64,000 bases of DNA from an uncultured cyanobacterium. Lineage in GTDB: Bacteria > Cyanobacteriota > Cyanobacteriia > Leptolyngbyales > Leptolyngbyaceae. The position numbers and the translations under genes are program-made. The stretch's first letter is position 1; the number at the start of each line of letters is the position of its first letter. The notes beneath the pieces are model-generated. The model was not told where the DNA came from, ran no database searches, and saw only the letters and a list, made by a program, of their open reading frames with translations. The DNA lies in contig CAVYAN010000075.1 of the NCBI GenBank assembly GCA_963766075.1, positions 1-64,000 of the forward strand, given 5' to 3'. Below, in pieces: positions 1 through 11,921 of this stretch.

Positions 1-1920
1 TCAGCAGAGCCAGGAGGCCGATCGCGAGGCCGAGCACGAGCATCTCAGTTCGACGAGCCAGGCGATCCGAGCCCTTGACCAGCCGACCGCACGCAGGGTG
101 GCGAGCTCGGGTCCGCGCTGGCGCACCGCCACGTAGCTGGTGTCGGCCACGAGGAGCAGCGCGCCCAGGAGAACGAGCACGAAGATGGCGAGGTCCTCGG
201 ACGAGACGGCCTCAACGAAGGCTACCGCACTCCCTTGTCCGACCACTCCTCGCTCACGGTCATGGCTGGTCGTCCGAACTCACCTGCCGGCAGGTCGACA
301 AGGACGGTGCGCGGAGAGGAGCCCTTCACGATGTCGACCTGCAGTCCGGTGGCGTCGTGGATGGCCACGGCCACCGCCGCGAGGTGTGCCTCGGCCGCTG
401 GGCCCGGGCGTGTCGACGCCGGCGACCTTCACCCGGATCGCGCTGATGAAGGCAGCACCAGGAGCCCCGGCGAAGTGCGCCGGATCGGACAGCCAGGCCG
501 CACCCGAGAGCGTCGTCAGCACGAGCGGCGGGCTGTTGACGTAGGAGGCGAGCGAGCGCGTCGGTCCGAGCGTGGTGCCGTCGGCCGACTGAACCTGCGG
601 CAGCCCGTATGCTTCGAGTCGGCCACCGGCCAGAGGGTCGAACCCGGGAAGGCAATTGGGGTCGTACTCGCCGACCGCCTGCCAGCGTGAGAAGAGCTCG
701 CTGCGTGGCACCTGGTCCTCGCGCGAAATCGCGCGGAACCAGACGTCCGACGCCTCGGGCGGCGCCAGGCTCCCCGTCTGGCCGCCGGGTCCGATCATCA
801 CCTGGCTCTGGTAGAGGCTCGGATCAGCGGGCTGCACCTGCGCCGCGAGGTGATCTGGCCCGAGCGACTCGTAGGTGACCGCCCCCGCCGTCCAGTGGGG
901 CGACGCATCGTAGTAGTCCGCCCCGCCCAGCAACGAGGTTAAGTAAGCCTGGTAGGCCTCGTTTGCGGTCGCCGTCTGGCTGGCTGCGGGAGTCCAGCCG
1001 GTCAGGGCATCCGGCGTCGAGCCGTTGAGCACGGGCGTGGGGTCGACCGCCCGCGAGGCGGTGATTTCGACGGTCTCGTCGATGAAGCTTCGATCGCTCA
1101 CGATGACCGGGATCTGGGGCTGCGACCCGGCGCTCGACGCGACGGTTTCTGGGACGTCTGACGCCTGCAGGTAGCGACCCTGGACGACGCAACCATCGAG
1201 CTTGTCGAGCTGGGCCTCGGCGACGGGGTCGATGCCGGCAACGACGATCGGCTCCTGCCAGATCAGGAACACGCCGGGCTTGCCCGGGGCCAGCGAGCCC
1301 CCGATCGTTGCCTCGGGTGTCAGGCCGCCGTAGCAGGCGACGCTCGGCGTACAGGCGATCCTGGTCGAGCCCACCTCGAGGTACGCCGCCGCGCTAAGCC
1401 GGGCCCCGGTTTCCTGCACAACCCGACCCTGTGGCGCAACCACGAGGTACTGCGGCGCGAGCGGCGGGTATTGAGAGAGGCCACCTTCCCCGCTCGCGGC
1501 CGCGCTGATCCGCAGGACGGTGATCGGGCCAGGCCCAACGGCGCTCGAGAGGTCGACCGGGAATCCTGCCGGCCATTGCACGTACCCCACGACTGCGATC
1601 GGGGCAGCCACCGTCACGCCGGACAGGGCCCGCACTGCCGTGAGCTGGGCCTCGGTGATGCCGCCCGTGACGCCCGAAAGGAAATTGGGTCGCACAAGAC
1701 CCTCGGTTCGTTCGAGATCGGTCTGCGTGCCGGCCGGTCGGACCAGGATGTCGTAGGGCGTGTTCCAGGCACGTGTGATGTCGCCGGTGAGGACCGCCTG
1801 CGTCGTCTGTGACACGCCGGCGAGAACGAGGAAGCCCGTGACCGCGGTGAGCAGCCCCGCGGCAGCGAGCGCCGTCGCGACGCGCCTGGCGAGCAGCCCT
1901 CGGAACGCGAGCCTGATCAT
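1..1920 (-). CDS. FtsX/MacB-family ABC transporter permease (frameshifted, runs off left edge)
   Basis: MIRLAFRGLLARR N-terminal TM segment, large extracytoplasmic loop, and C-terminal 'RQRGPELATLRAVGWSRARI' FtsX motif in ORF 1..246; split over 2-3 frames. Confidence 0.75.
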
Positions 1921-2668
1921 CGGTCTTCGAGGGACTGCGCATCGAGCGGGCCGGCGCGGTCGAGACGGTGTTCCCCGTCCACCCGCCCGCCCACCAGGTG
2001 CACAATCCGGTCGGCGAACGCCGCCGCGCCGGATCATGGGTGGCCAGCACGATGGTGAGGTCGTGGTCGCGGCGCACGGCCTCGAGCACGCCGATGAGGT
2101 CTGCGGTAGTGGCCGCGTCGAGATTGCCGGTAGGCTCGTCGGCGAGGAGCAGCTTCGGGCTGCCCATGAGAGCTCGGGCGATGCCGACGCGCTGTCGCTC
2201 GCCGCCCGATAGCCGAGACGGCGGCGCATCGAGTCGGTTGGCAAGCCCGAGCTCGACGAGCAAAGAACGTGCCTCCGTCTGCAAGTCCTGCCACCGGCCC
2301 CAGGGAAGACGGGCCGCGACGAGGTTCTCGAGCGCAGTGAGCCCGGAGAGCAAATGCGGATCCTGAAAGACGAGGCCCACGTGGTGTGCGCGGAAGTCCG
2401 CCAGCTCTCGTTCGGAGGCCCCCTCGACGCCCGTGCCGAACACCGCGATCGTGCCGGCGGTCGGCCGATCGAGCCCGGCCACGAGGTTTAGCAGCGTCGT
2501 CTTCCCCGAACCCGACGGCCCGGTGATCGCGACCGCCTCGCCACGGGCGACCGTCAGGTCGATGCCGTCGAGGGCTCGCACCACGTCCGTGCCCATGCCG
2601 TAATGGCGCGTGACCGCGGCCATATCGATGGCCGGGCGCCGCTCAGGCAGACTCAGCGGCGCGTTCAT
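1917..2668 (-). CDS. ABC transporter ATP-binding protein (LolD/MacB-like), 3' end frameshifted
   Basis: Walker A GPSGSGKT, signature LSGGERQRV, Walker B LLLADEPTGNLD, H-loop ATHD; true end approximate. Confidence 0.85.
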
Positions 2669-3193
2669 CCGGCACCCTCATCCGAGGTCGGGCGACGATC
2701 TCCTCGAGCTGCCCACGCAATCCGTCGAGCCAGCGCAGCTGCGCTTCGACCGCCCGGATCTCCGCGTCTCGGGCCTCGGCCCGGAACCCTCCCGCGTCTT
2801 CTGCACGGGCCGCGCGCAGGCGATGCAGCGCAGCCGTCCGTTCGTCAGTCATCGCGACGACGAACGCCGGCATGCGTTCCGGGATGACCAGGCGCGCCAC
2901 TGCGAGACGGACGACCAGCTCGTTAGCGGGCCCGGCCGCGAGCCAGTCCTCGGCCGCGCGCCGGCCCGCCTCGGTGAGGGTGAGGCGCTGCCGGTCAGGA
3001 CGGGTCTCTTGGCGGATCTGCTGGCTGGTCATCAGCCCGTCGCGGCCCATTCGCCCGAGCGTCAGGTACACCTGCGCCGGGCGCGTCACCCACGTCGACC
3101 CGAGTTCGGCCTCAAGGGTGGCCTCCAACTCGTAGCCGTGGCTCGGGCCACTCAAGAGGAGCGAGCGAGCGCGCCGGAGAGTCCCACAGCCAT
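2643..3193 (-). CDS. PadR-family transcriptional regulator (5' frameshift)
   Basis: GPSHGYEL...QVYLTLGRMGRDGL...LTLTEAGR PadR wHTH pattern; probable ATG at 3193 (MAVGLSGAL) is out of frame. Confidence 0.8.
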
Positions 3194-3537
3194 TCAGAAG
3201 ATAGGAAGAGCGGCGGTCAGCGACGCAAGACGAGCCAGCATCACTACCTCATCTCAAACTAGACACTCAGTGACTATAACATGGCTGCCTACACCGGCCG
3301 TATCAGAGCGCGGCTGCTTCCCTACCTCGACGGCTTGTTATCTCGGCCTCAAGTCCTCTCGCCCGAAGATACCCAGCACATCCGAGGATCGCTAGGTGGG
3401 GCCGCCCAAGTTTGGCGATGCGGCGGTGCTGGTGGTAGGGCCGAATACCAATATCCAAATTCAAATGAAGTACTTGTTTGGAGGCTAACCCGATGGTGAG
3501 GTTCGGGTTGGCTGCTCGGCTCTCCTGGCAGGATGCG

Positions 3538-4128
3538 TCACCGACCAGCCTGTAAGAGTTGGGTGGCGGTCAGCTTTAGCGTTGGGAACATGGCCGAAAC
3601 GATCTCGGCATCACCGCTAAATTCAGTGCTGCGATACGTATGGTTGTCTAGGGTGCAAACGATCACCAGTGCTGCCACGGGATGTTCGACGATCCAATAT
3701 TCAGGAATGCCCCGCTCAGCGTATTCTTCCCGCTTTTCGGTGTAGTCACGCCCACGCGATTTTTTATCGGTGTCACTGTTAGACACGACTTCTACCACGA
3801 GCATGGGCGCAGGCATATCCTGTCGGAGCAGCTTCCCATCGGCCATGATGGCGGCATCGGAGTGTTCAGAATGGACAATCAGATCAGGCTGTCGGGCGGT
3901 GGCTTTCGTAGAAGCGACTTCGATTTGATGTCCTGTCGCAAACAAACGGTAAGGGATGCCCAGTGATGCAAATGTAAACATCAAAAAGATGGCGATCTTG
4001 TTATTAATCGGACTTTCAGCACCCATTTCTACCAGCACCCCATCGACCAGCTCGTACCGTGTGTCGGTGCCGTCGTCATAGGCGAGATACTCCTCTAGGG
4101 TCATGCGGCGGTTTGTGGCGATGGTCAT
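3538..4128 (-). CDS. Uma2 (DUF820) family putative endonuclease
   Basis: MTLEEYL..YELVDGVLVEM, RQPDL, LVVEVVS, KREEYAERGIPEYWIV. Confidence 0.9.
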   Translation of the reverse strand: MTIATNRRMTLEEYLAYDDGTDTRYELVDGVLVEMGAESPINNKIAIFLMFTFASLGIPYRLFATGHQIEVASTKATARQPDLIVHSEHSDAAIMADGKLLRQDMPAPMLVVEVVSNSDTDKKSRGRDYTEKREEYAERGIPEYWIVEHPVAALVIVCTLDNHTYRSTEFSGDAEIVSAMFPTLKLTATQLLQAGR

Positions 4129-4277
4129 GGGCTAGGACTCCTTCCAGTCACCGGGTCACTGCTATTGTACCGAATTAGCGAGCGGGGCGAGTTGCACTGT
4201 GGGGCTAAGGGCTGTTCTCCAAGGCATTTTATTTTCGCGTAAGTCCCTTAGCGCCTCCAATTTTTTATGCCAGTCGG

Positions 4278-5766
4278 TTACTTGGTGAGTAAGGGCCTCA
4301 GACGTTTCTCAATTCTGGCTTGGTCCTCAGGCAGGAGCCTGAGGGCGATCGCTTGACGATAATCGGCGATGGCTTTGGCGCGATCGCCTTTCTTTTCATA
4401 AGCAAGACCACGCAGTACGTATCCCACATGGGTTTTAGAGTCCAGCGCAATGGCTTGGGTAAAATCGGCAATGGCTTTATCGAACGCACCTTTACGACTT
4501 AAAGCATTGCCGCGATTGTAATACGCCACAACGAATTTGGGTGCTAGCGCGATGGCTTTGTCTAAGTCGGCAATGGCTTTATCGAGCTTTCCTTGGTTGT
4601 AAAAAGTATTGCCACGATTGTTGTAATAGCCAGCTAGTTTTGGTTCAAATGAATAGCTATCTAATTTTTGTTGATACGGCATGATTTGATCGTGATCCAT
4701 CATAAATGTAGTGTCAATCCCTCCTTCGTTGGAAGGCATGCGGCGCTTCTTAAGGGCTTCTAGTAATTTCGGTTCTAGCGGCATTATATCGGTATCGGCA
4801 AACCGATCATCGCACGAGCCTTTACCGCGAACAGGAGCAAAACGACTCTCAGGGGCCCCGGAGTTGTCGGCCTGTAGCGCGATCGCGCGATCGTACTCGG
4901 CGATGGCTTTATCAAATTCTGCTTGTCGTCGGAAGATATTGCCCCGATTGCCATGGACCTGAGCAAGTTTTGGATTCGAGGGCGAGCGCGCGGTTGAAAT
5001 CTAAAAAGGCTTTATCAGGTTTGAAGCTATAGTAAAAGGCATTGCCACGACCATTATAAGCCAGGGCAAATTTTGGATCGAGGGCGATGGCTTGGTTATA
5101 ATCGGCGATGGCTTTATCAGCCTCGCATTGATTGACGAAAGCATCGCCGCGTTTCGTATAGAGCAGGGCTGATTTCGGGTCGAGGGCGATCGCTTGGCTG
5201 TAATTGGCGATGACTTGATCGAAGGCTCTTTTTTGCTGGAAGGCATTGCCGCGCTCCCTGTAGACATAGGCCAATTTGGGGTTCAACCCGATCGCTTGGC
5301 TATAGTCGGCAATGGCTTTATCCCACTCTCCTCGCTGGTAAAACACGGCAGCCCGATCGGCGTAGACTTCAGCAACCTTGGGATCAAGTTCGATTGATTG
5401 GTTAAAGTTTTCGATCGCGTTATCCCATCCAGATATTCCTTTGAATACTAAACCCCTTTGGTGGTAGGCAACAGCAGATTTTGGATTGAAGGCGATCGCT
5501 TGGGTATAGTCGGCGATGGCTTTGTTCCATTCCTTAACATCCCGAAAAGCATTGCCACGGCTGAGGCAAAGGTCAACCGATGGGCAGTCTGAAGCTGTCG
5601 ATGCATTCGTCACTACCGCTGGTGGCGCTGCATTCGTCACTACCGCTGATGGCGCTGGCTGACTCGCACAACCGCCTAGGGCCAATACCACCGCACTCAT
5701 CCCGCCAATCTGCTGCCAAGTCTTATTTGTTGTTACCATTGTTAGTCTCGTGGATCGATGCTTCAC
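4278..5766 (-). CDS. TPR-repeat lipoprotein (frameshifted into ORFs 4912..5766 and 4278..4784)
   Basis: Repeated AIADYxQAIxLxPK / AYxNRG TPR motifs; lipobox LALGGC. Confidence 0.8.
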
Positions 5767-5889
5767 CGGATTTCTGATTGTAACTACAAAGACTTACATA
5801 GAGATTTCGTAAACCTATTGCCGAAATCAATGCTATGTAGGCGATCAAATCACGCTGTCGAGCGATCGCGTCAGTTGAAGCCTGCGGCA

Positions 5890-6225
5890 TTAGCGAGTGG
5901 GGCTGGCGAGTTGCAATGTGGGACTGGGAACTTCCACTTGGAGTAGGTCGAGTCCGCGCTCGTAAATGGTGTCGATCGCCAGCATATCCCCGTCAGCCGT
6001 CATGAATTTGTGATCGGCGGTAGCCTTAATCGTGGTGCCGTCGTCGAGTTGGTAGGCGAAGACTTCTTGCTGCCCGCGATTGTGCCACTGCTGTATCGGT
6101 TGGGTGTAAACATAACCGGCGGGAGTGATGCTGTAGACGGTGCAGGGGAGTTGCTTTTCAACGATTTCGCCGATCGCCATCGCCCCATACTCCACCGTCA
6201 ACACCGGCGTATCGTAGCTGAGGCA
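5890..6225 (-). other. DnaE split intein, N-fragment (~111 aa)
   Basis: [14 protein letters not shown]...[11 protein letters not shown]...ATADHKFMT matches the Npu/Ssp DnaE-N intein pattern, followed by a stop. Confidence 0.95.
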
Positions 6226-8532
6226 ATATTCGGCAAACATGCACCATTTGCTCGAATAAATCGGAGGCAACTTTAGTCTTCACGCCATTTTTGGCCGCGC
6301 CATCGACAAAGATTTCGCGGTGTTTTTCCATTTCGGCTTTCTTCTTTCTTACCCATGGCGCGCCGCAGCAGATCGGCCTCGCCCAGACTGTAGCCGCCCA
6401 TGTCCTGGGCAATTTTCATGATCTGTTCCTGGTAGACCATGATGCCGTAGGTTTCGTTGAGGATGGGGTCAAGATGGCGTGGTCGTAGGCGATCGCTTCC
6501 GCGCCCATGTTTGCGATTAATAAATTTGGGAATGAGTCCCGCATCCAGAGGACCGGGGCGATAAAGCGCAAGCACAGAGGAAATATCTTCCAGACCTGTC
6601 GGGCTTCAGATCGCGCACAATCTGGCGCATCCCCGACGATTCCAACTGAAAGATGCCTTCCAGTTCCCCCCGCGCCAGCAACTTGTAGATTTCCGGATCT
6701 TCGAGAGTCAAGTGATCGAGATCGATGTCTATATTGTGATTTTGTTTGACCAGATTCAGAGTTTTTTGAATCATCGTCAGGTTTTTTAAGCCCAGAAAAT
6801 CCATTTTCAATAGTCCGATGGATTCGATGTCTTCCATGTAGTACTGGGTGAAGACGGCACCGTCGGCGTTGCGTTGCAGCGGCACAATTTCGTCTAGGCG
6901 CTCGGCGGAAATCACGACGCCTGCTGCATGAATGCCCACACTTTTGTTAGTGCCTTCAATCCGGATGGCCATGTCAATCCACTGCTGGTAAGTGACATTG
7001 GATCCGGGGACTTTGTCGCCGCTGTCGTAGCGCTTTTTGAATTCCGGTTCCGGTGAGGGTTCGTCGGTTTTGCAGATCATCATTTTCAACTTGGCCGGCT
7101 TCCCGCGCACAACGGGGATCATTTTGGCCATTTTGTCGGACATCCCCATAAGGAATGTTCAACACCCGCGCCGTGTCTTTCAGCACCGCCTTTGAGGTCA
7201 TGCGGTTGTAGGTGATGATTTGTGCCACCCGCTCCGTGCCGTACTTTTCGGTGACATATTTGATGACTTCTTCACGGCGATCGATGCAAAAGTCCGTGTC
7301 AATATCCGGCATGGACTTCCGCTCGGGGTTCAGGAAGCGCTCGAACAGCAAGCCGTGATGCACGGGGTCGATGTTCGTAATGCCCATAGCGTAGGCAACG
7401 AGGGAACCTGCTGCTGAACCCCGCCCCGGTCCCACGGGAATGCGTTGTTTTCGGGCATAAGCTGATGTAGTCCCAGACGATCGAGGAAGTAGGCCGGCAA
7501 AGCCCATCTGCTGCATCATCTTGAGTTCGTAGTCCAGCCGATCGCGATAGCCTAAGCTCATCTCATCCCAGCGACTGGCATTTGAAGTCGTTCCAGCAAG
7601 CCTGCCCAGTGCAACGTGTTCAAAATATTGTCCGGCCGTGTGTAGCTCTCAGGGACGGGATAGTCCGCAATCCGGTGTTCGCCCAGGATGTGGTACTCCT
7701 CAATTTTGTCGGCGACTTCGAGAGTGGTGGCGATCGCGCCATCAATCACCGCTTCAGGCAGATGATCCTGAAACATACCAGCGCATTTCCTCTGCCGATT
7801 TGAGATATTCTGTGCCGCTGTAGCGCAGTCGTTTGTCTTCGGTAATGAGCTTGCCCGTTTGAATACATAATAAGGCGTCATGCGCCTCTACATCAAAGCA
7901 GGAAATGAAGTGCGAGTCGTTCGTGGCAATAAGTTTAATATCCAGTTCACGCCGCGATGTTGAGAATCTCGGCATTTACAATGCGGCTCTTCTGGCACCC
8001 ATGATCCTGAATTTCTAAATAATAATCATCACCAAACAAATCCTTATACCACTGGGCAATTCGCCGTGCCACCTCGGGCCGACCCGCCAGAATCGTTGGG
8101 GAATTTCGCCACCGAGCAAGCACTGGTGACGATTAGCCCTTCGTGGTACTCCGTTAGCAGATCTTTATTAATGCAGGGACGGGCAAAAATGCCTTTACCC
8201 TGGAAGCCCTGGAGGTGGGATATGGTGGTGAGTTTGACCAGGTTTTTATAGCCCTGGGTGTTTTTGGCGAGGACGACTTGATGGTAACGAGGACGCTTCT
8301 CTTGCTTGCTGACGTCGCCGTTAATCAGGTACATTTCGTTGCCAATGATCGGCTTGACGCCCTTGTTGCGGCAGACCTTGAGGAGTTCGATCGCCCCGTA
8401 CATGACGCCGTGATCGGTAAGGGCGATCGCGGGCATATTCAATTCCACCACCCGCTCGATCAGTTCGGGCAGTTGACTGGCCCCGTCGAGTAGGCTGTAG
8501 TCGCTGTGAATATGCAAGCCAACGAAGGACAT
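5890..8532 (-). CDS. dnaE: DNA polymerase III alpha subunit, N-terminal half (DnaE-N) with split intein; multiple frameshifts
   Basis: PHP motifs [11 protein letters not shown] and [33 protein letters not shown], then FAEY-CLSY intein start; spread over ~7 ORF fragments. Confidence 0.95.
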
Positions 8533-8661
8533 AGAGAGGTTCCTCAAGCCGTGAGCAATCACAGAGTACACCAGATTTAGCGGTTTAGATCGAAAAATGA
8601 TCCACGAATAGGGCTGGACCATGCAGATGTCTGTTAGTTCATCATTTCAATTTAGGAACCT

Positions 8662-8867
8662 CTATATTTGGGTTGCCTGGGGAGACGCTCGCGGTTGACT
8701 GGGCATTCGGGGCATCACAGAATAAGCTTCTGCCAAACTATGGGTAGAAAGATCGCCTTGAATCTGACGCAACTCTGCGGCCTAGAGTTGGACGAAACAG
8801 GCAGGGTGACTGGGGTGCCTTGGGAGCAAAGCCGCAGCCATAACGGATTGTCAAACAAAACATTCAC
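8662..8867 (-). pseudogene. PIN-domain (VapC-like) toxin remnant
   Basis: Manual translation: VNVLFD(fs)SVMAAALLPRHPSHPACFVQL*AAELRQIQGDLSTHSLAEAYSVMPRMP; GTG overlaps the upstream TGA. Confidence 0.7.
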
Positions 8868-9139
8868 AGTCCCATCTGATCAAATGCCCGCTTCTCAAGG
8901 CGTTGAGCGATCAGATCCTTGAAATCAATGTGATCGAGAGACTTGGTGTCGAAGACAAGAAGGCCATCTTGCTCTCTCAAGCCAGTTTGACCCGTGTGAG
9001 GCAGTGAGAGGTGTGAGTCGGTGGTTTGAAGGCTGCTGATTTTCTCAACTAATGTCTGAACGATAAATTGCTCTGACGAAATTCCCTGGATCGAGGCAAG
9101 TTGCTCAATCGCTTTTTGCAGTGTAGGAGAGAGGTTCAT
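8864..9139 (-). CDS. Small protein, probable antitoxin of the PIN remnant
   Basis: 91 aa, RHH-like N-terminus (LQKAIEQLASIQGISSEQFI), GTGA overlap with the PIN remnant. Confidence 0.55.
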   Translation of the reverse strand: MNLSPTLQKAIEQLASIQGISSEQFIVQTLVEKISSLQTTDSHLSLPHTGQTGLREQDGLLVFDTKSLDHIDFKDLIAQRLEKRAFDQMGL

Positions 9140-9231
9140 CGGAATACCTCGACGTTCAGCATGACTAGTTTAACCTAGAATCACGCTCTGAATAGCCTAT
9201 CAGAAGGTGCTGTATGGTCGTCAAGCCTGCA

Positions 9232-10511
9232 CTAGGAAAAGCTCCGCTGCCAATCCCGTTTTGGCGGCTGCCGCCGCTGCTGTAACCACAGTCCTATCAG
9301 CAAACCAACCCCAACACAGGCGGCCAAGTAAGCGAGAGAAATTAACCGAATCCACAGGGGTGGGGCCACCCCCTCAACGTCAATGGTTTGGGCTACGTGA
9401 AAGGGTTGAAACTGTCGTTTAGAACCCACCTGAGGGGCCACCTCAACCGCCACGATATGGGGTGTACCATCAAAGAACTGCTGTTGCCAAATAAATTTTC
9501 CAGACTGGTCGGGCACTCCTTGGTAGGCAAACGCCACCCATTCATCCGCTGCCGGTTTGGCTTGGATTCGCAAAGCGACATCGGTGACGGGTTGCTGGGT
9601 TTTGGTATCGATCAGACTCACTTGGAGTTTCGCAAGCTGACCAACCGTGGCCGTTTCGTCCCCCAAAAGCTTCATTTCTAACCCCTGGGATTGTCGTTGA
9701 GCAGGCTGGCTAGAGATCGGCTCAGAAGTCCCATGGGTATGTTCAGCGTGAGTCTGCTCGGCATGGGTATGTTCTACTGGGCCAGACGCGACAATCCCCC
9801 CGGTGATGGCGGTAATTCCGCACTGATATTGACCCAGAGGAGAGCCGCGATCGCAACCACAATTACGCCACTCAACAGTAAACGCACCCGTTGCGGAGCA
9901 ATTTCTCCCAGCTGCATCGGTTGACCACTGCCAATCACCCACCCCCCGACCAATCCTGCGGCCAACAGAATGGCCATCAGAATACCCAGATTACGGTATT
10001 TCACCCAACTCTCCGGGACATCGAGAGTCAGGGTTTGCTGGAGCGGGGCAAAGGAATTGGGGGTAGTCGGCGTGACCTCAACCTGGAGTTTATAAGTACC
10101 GCGAATCGGCAGCATTTGCTGCCATTCTAGCTTTCCAGTCGGTGCGACAGCCTTCATGTCGAGCAACGTCGTATCTTCGACGATCGGAAAATCGGTTGTA
10201 AACCAAGGAGTCGCAGACGGTGTGCGCAGTTGCAGGTGGATCTGAGCATTCTTGAGTGGCTGTCTAGCCCCATCCAGCGCTTGCAGGGATAACTGCACCG
10301 GCTCCTGAGGATGGATTGCTTCCGCTTCAAACGGTCGCACCTGGCTCGCGATCGGGTTGGTCGCTAAACGAATTGTAGGCTGCGGGGCTTGGGCATACCC
10401 CATCCACCCCCACAACACCACACCGACTAGACAAATAACACTGAGCAACGCTGAACGCTTAAATTTTGACATCGCTTTATTCTGCAACGGGCCAACACAA
10501 CTGAGCGGCAT
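9232..10511 (-). CDS. Membrane protein with signal peptide and His-rich segment (frameshift ~9800), putative cobalt-uptake partner
   Basis: Signal/TM segments, EHTHAEQTHAEHTHG, C-terminal TM; directly downstream of the cbtB-like gene. Confidence 0.55.
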
Positions 10512-10517
10512 TTTGAC

Positions 10518-10709
10518 CTAGTGGCAATTCACCAGCGCCGTGTGGTGCCGAAGTGAATGCACTCGGTCATGAACGGCAGGATAGGTGGTGAAGTAGACCG
10601 TCCACAGGATCAAGGCCATCAAAGAGACATAAAGTCCTGATTGTACTGGCACCGACAGAGTGCGACGGGCGACCTTTTGTTGGATGGAACCATAGGCTTG
10701 AGTAGTCAT
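10518..10709 (-). CDS. cbtB: CbtB-domain cobalt transporter small subunit
   Basis: 63 aa, single TM followed by AVHDRVHSLRHH...CH C-terminus. Confidence 0.8.
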   Translation of the reverse strand: MTTQAYGSIQQKVARRTLSVPVQSGLYVSLMALILWTVYFTTYPAVHDRVHSLRHHTALVNCH

Positions 10710-11384
10710 TTGAACCTCACAAATAAAACGAGCAGGGTAGATAGAAATCAGACGGGATGATCGAGCACACTCTTCATTGTTAAAGTGAACCCAACTGGCT
10801 GCTAACTCAGGAACGAGAACCCATTAAGGTGGTGCCCCCCGGAACCCTTAAGAGCAATCCGATCTTATACATGAGCGCACTCAGGCTCACAAGCGCATTC
10901 AGGCTGAAAGTATTGATACGCCTAGATATTCTCTCTCAATTTATGTCGAACTTCTACATCAACCTTTCAATGCTTGACCACCGAGCTCGACTAACTCAGC
11001 ATTTAGAACTCAGCATTTAGAAAATTTGCCAGACCCCTCGGATGATTCGTAAGAGCACAGTAGGACAAGTATTCGATGAAAATTGTATCACTTGCAACTC
11101 ATTAGTTAACTCCTTAACTATTTTTTATTCACCAATTTTAACTAGACATTAAAAAGCAGTAAGGAATGTAACGTTATAGTGTCAATCTATGAACTCGTGC
11201 CAAACCGGTTTCAGTCATCCCTGAGGAGATTCTATGAAAGGAATAGCCGGATTTAGATTTCCTTGAGCGAGACGCTCAAGTCTCGAGGCGAGTGTCTCGC
11301 TCACCTTGATTTGGATACTTTCTTGCCTAAAAAATAGCCTTGGCACCCAGGATTGTCTGAGCAGGCTAACGCGTTGAACTCTAT

Positions 11385-11522
11385 TTCTTACTGTTACGCT
11401 TTTAGTTACGCTTCTACTGTTACCGCTTCTTACTGTTACCGCTTCTTACTGTTACCGCTTCTTACTGTTACCGCTTCTTACTGTTACCGCTTCTTACTGT
11501 TACCGCTTCTTACTGTTACCGC
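11385..11522. repeat. Tandem repeat, 16-bp unit TTCTTACTGTTACCGC
   Basis: Six perfect copies at 11427-11522 plus degenerate copies at 11412 and 11385. Confidence 0.95.
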
Positions 11523-11921
11523 ACCTATGCAAAAGCTCATCCCAAAGCCTTAAAAGCGTCCGTTCTCTCCTGACCTACGCTTGTTTCCCCTTAATCTACT
11601 CGATAGGCTAGACGGGTCCTAGCCTATCGCAATTGTTATTACACCATGACTTGACAACCATGAAAATGGTATCCTTCAAGACATAATTAGTTGCTATTTC
11701 TATGATTAAGTACTTCCACGACTTGGATTTGCGCAATTCAGGTTCACAAGATTCACGGATTCATTAAAAAACGTCATAGACTTTTAGTGACTACGAAGAC
11801 TGGCTTTACACCCGCACTTATTAATTCACTCTCTATTGCCGAATCGTTCTTGGTTTAGATTTGCTTGTCTATTTGATTGTCCGCATGTTTCAACAACAAC
11901 GGGGTTTGGAGATAACGCATC

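Noticed and set aside
75..3499. Long overlapping plus-strand ORFs (e.g. 2610..3395, 1760..2212)
   Set aside because: Shadow ORFs of GC-rich minus-strand genes, Arg/Pro-rich with no recognisable motifs
10710..11000. Cobalamin riboswitch upstream of cbtB
   Set aside because: Only an isolated AGCCAG-like element is visible; I could not find the GCCACTG/B12-box core. An Infernal scan is needed
11085..11098. NtcA site for the NHase/cbt region
   Set aside because: GTA-N8-AAC is only near-consensus and far from either start codon
11385..11522. CRISPR array
   Set aside because: Repeats are directly adjacent 16-mers with no spacers, and no cas genes are in the window
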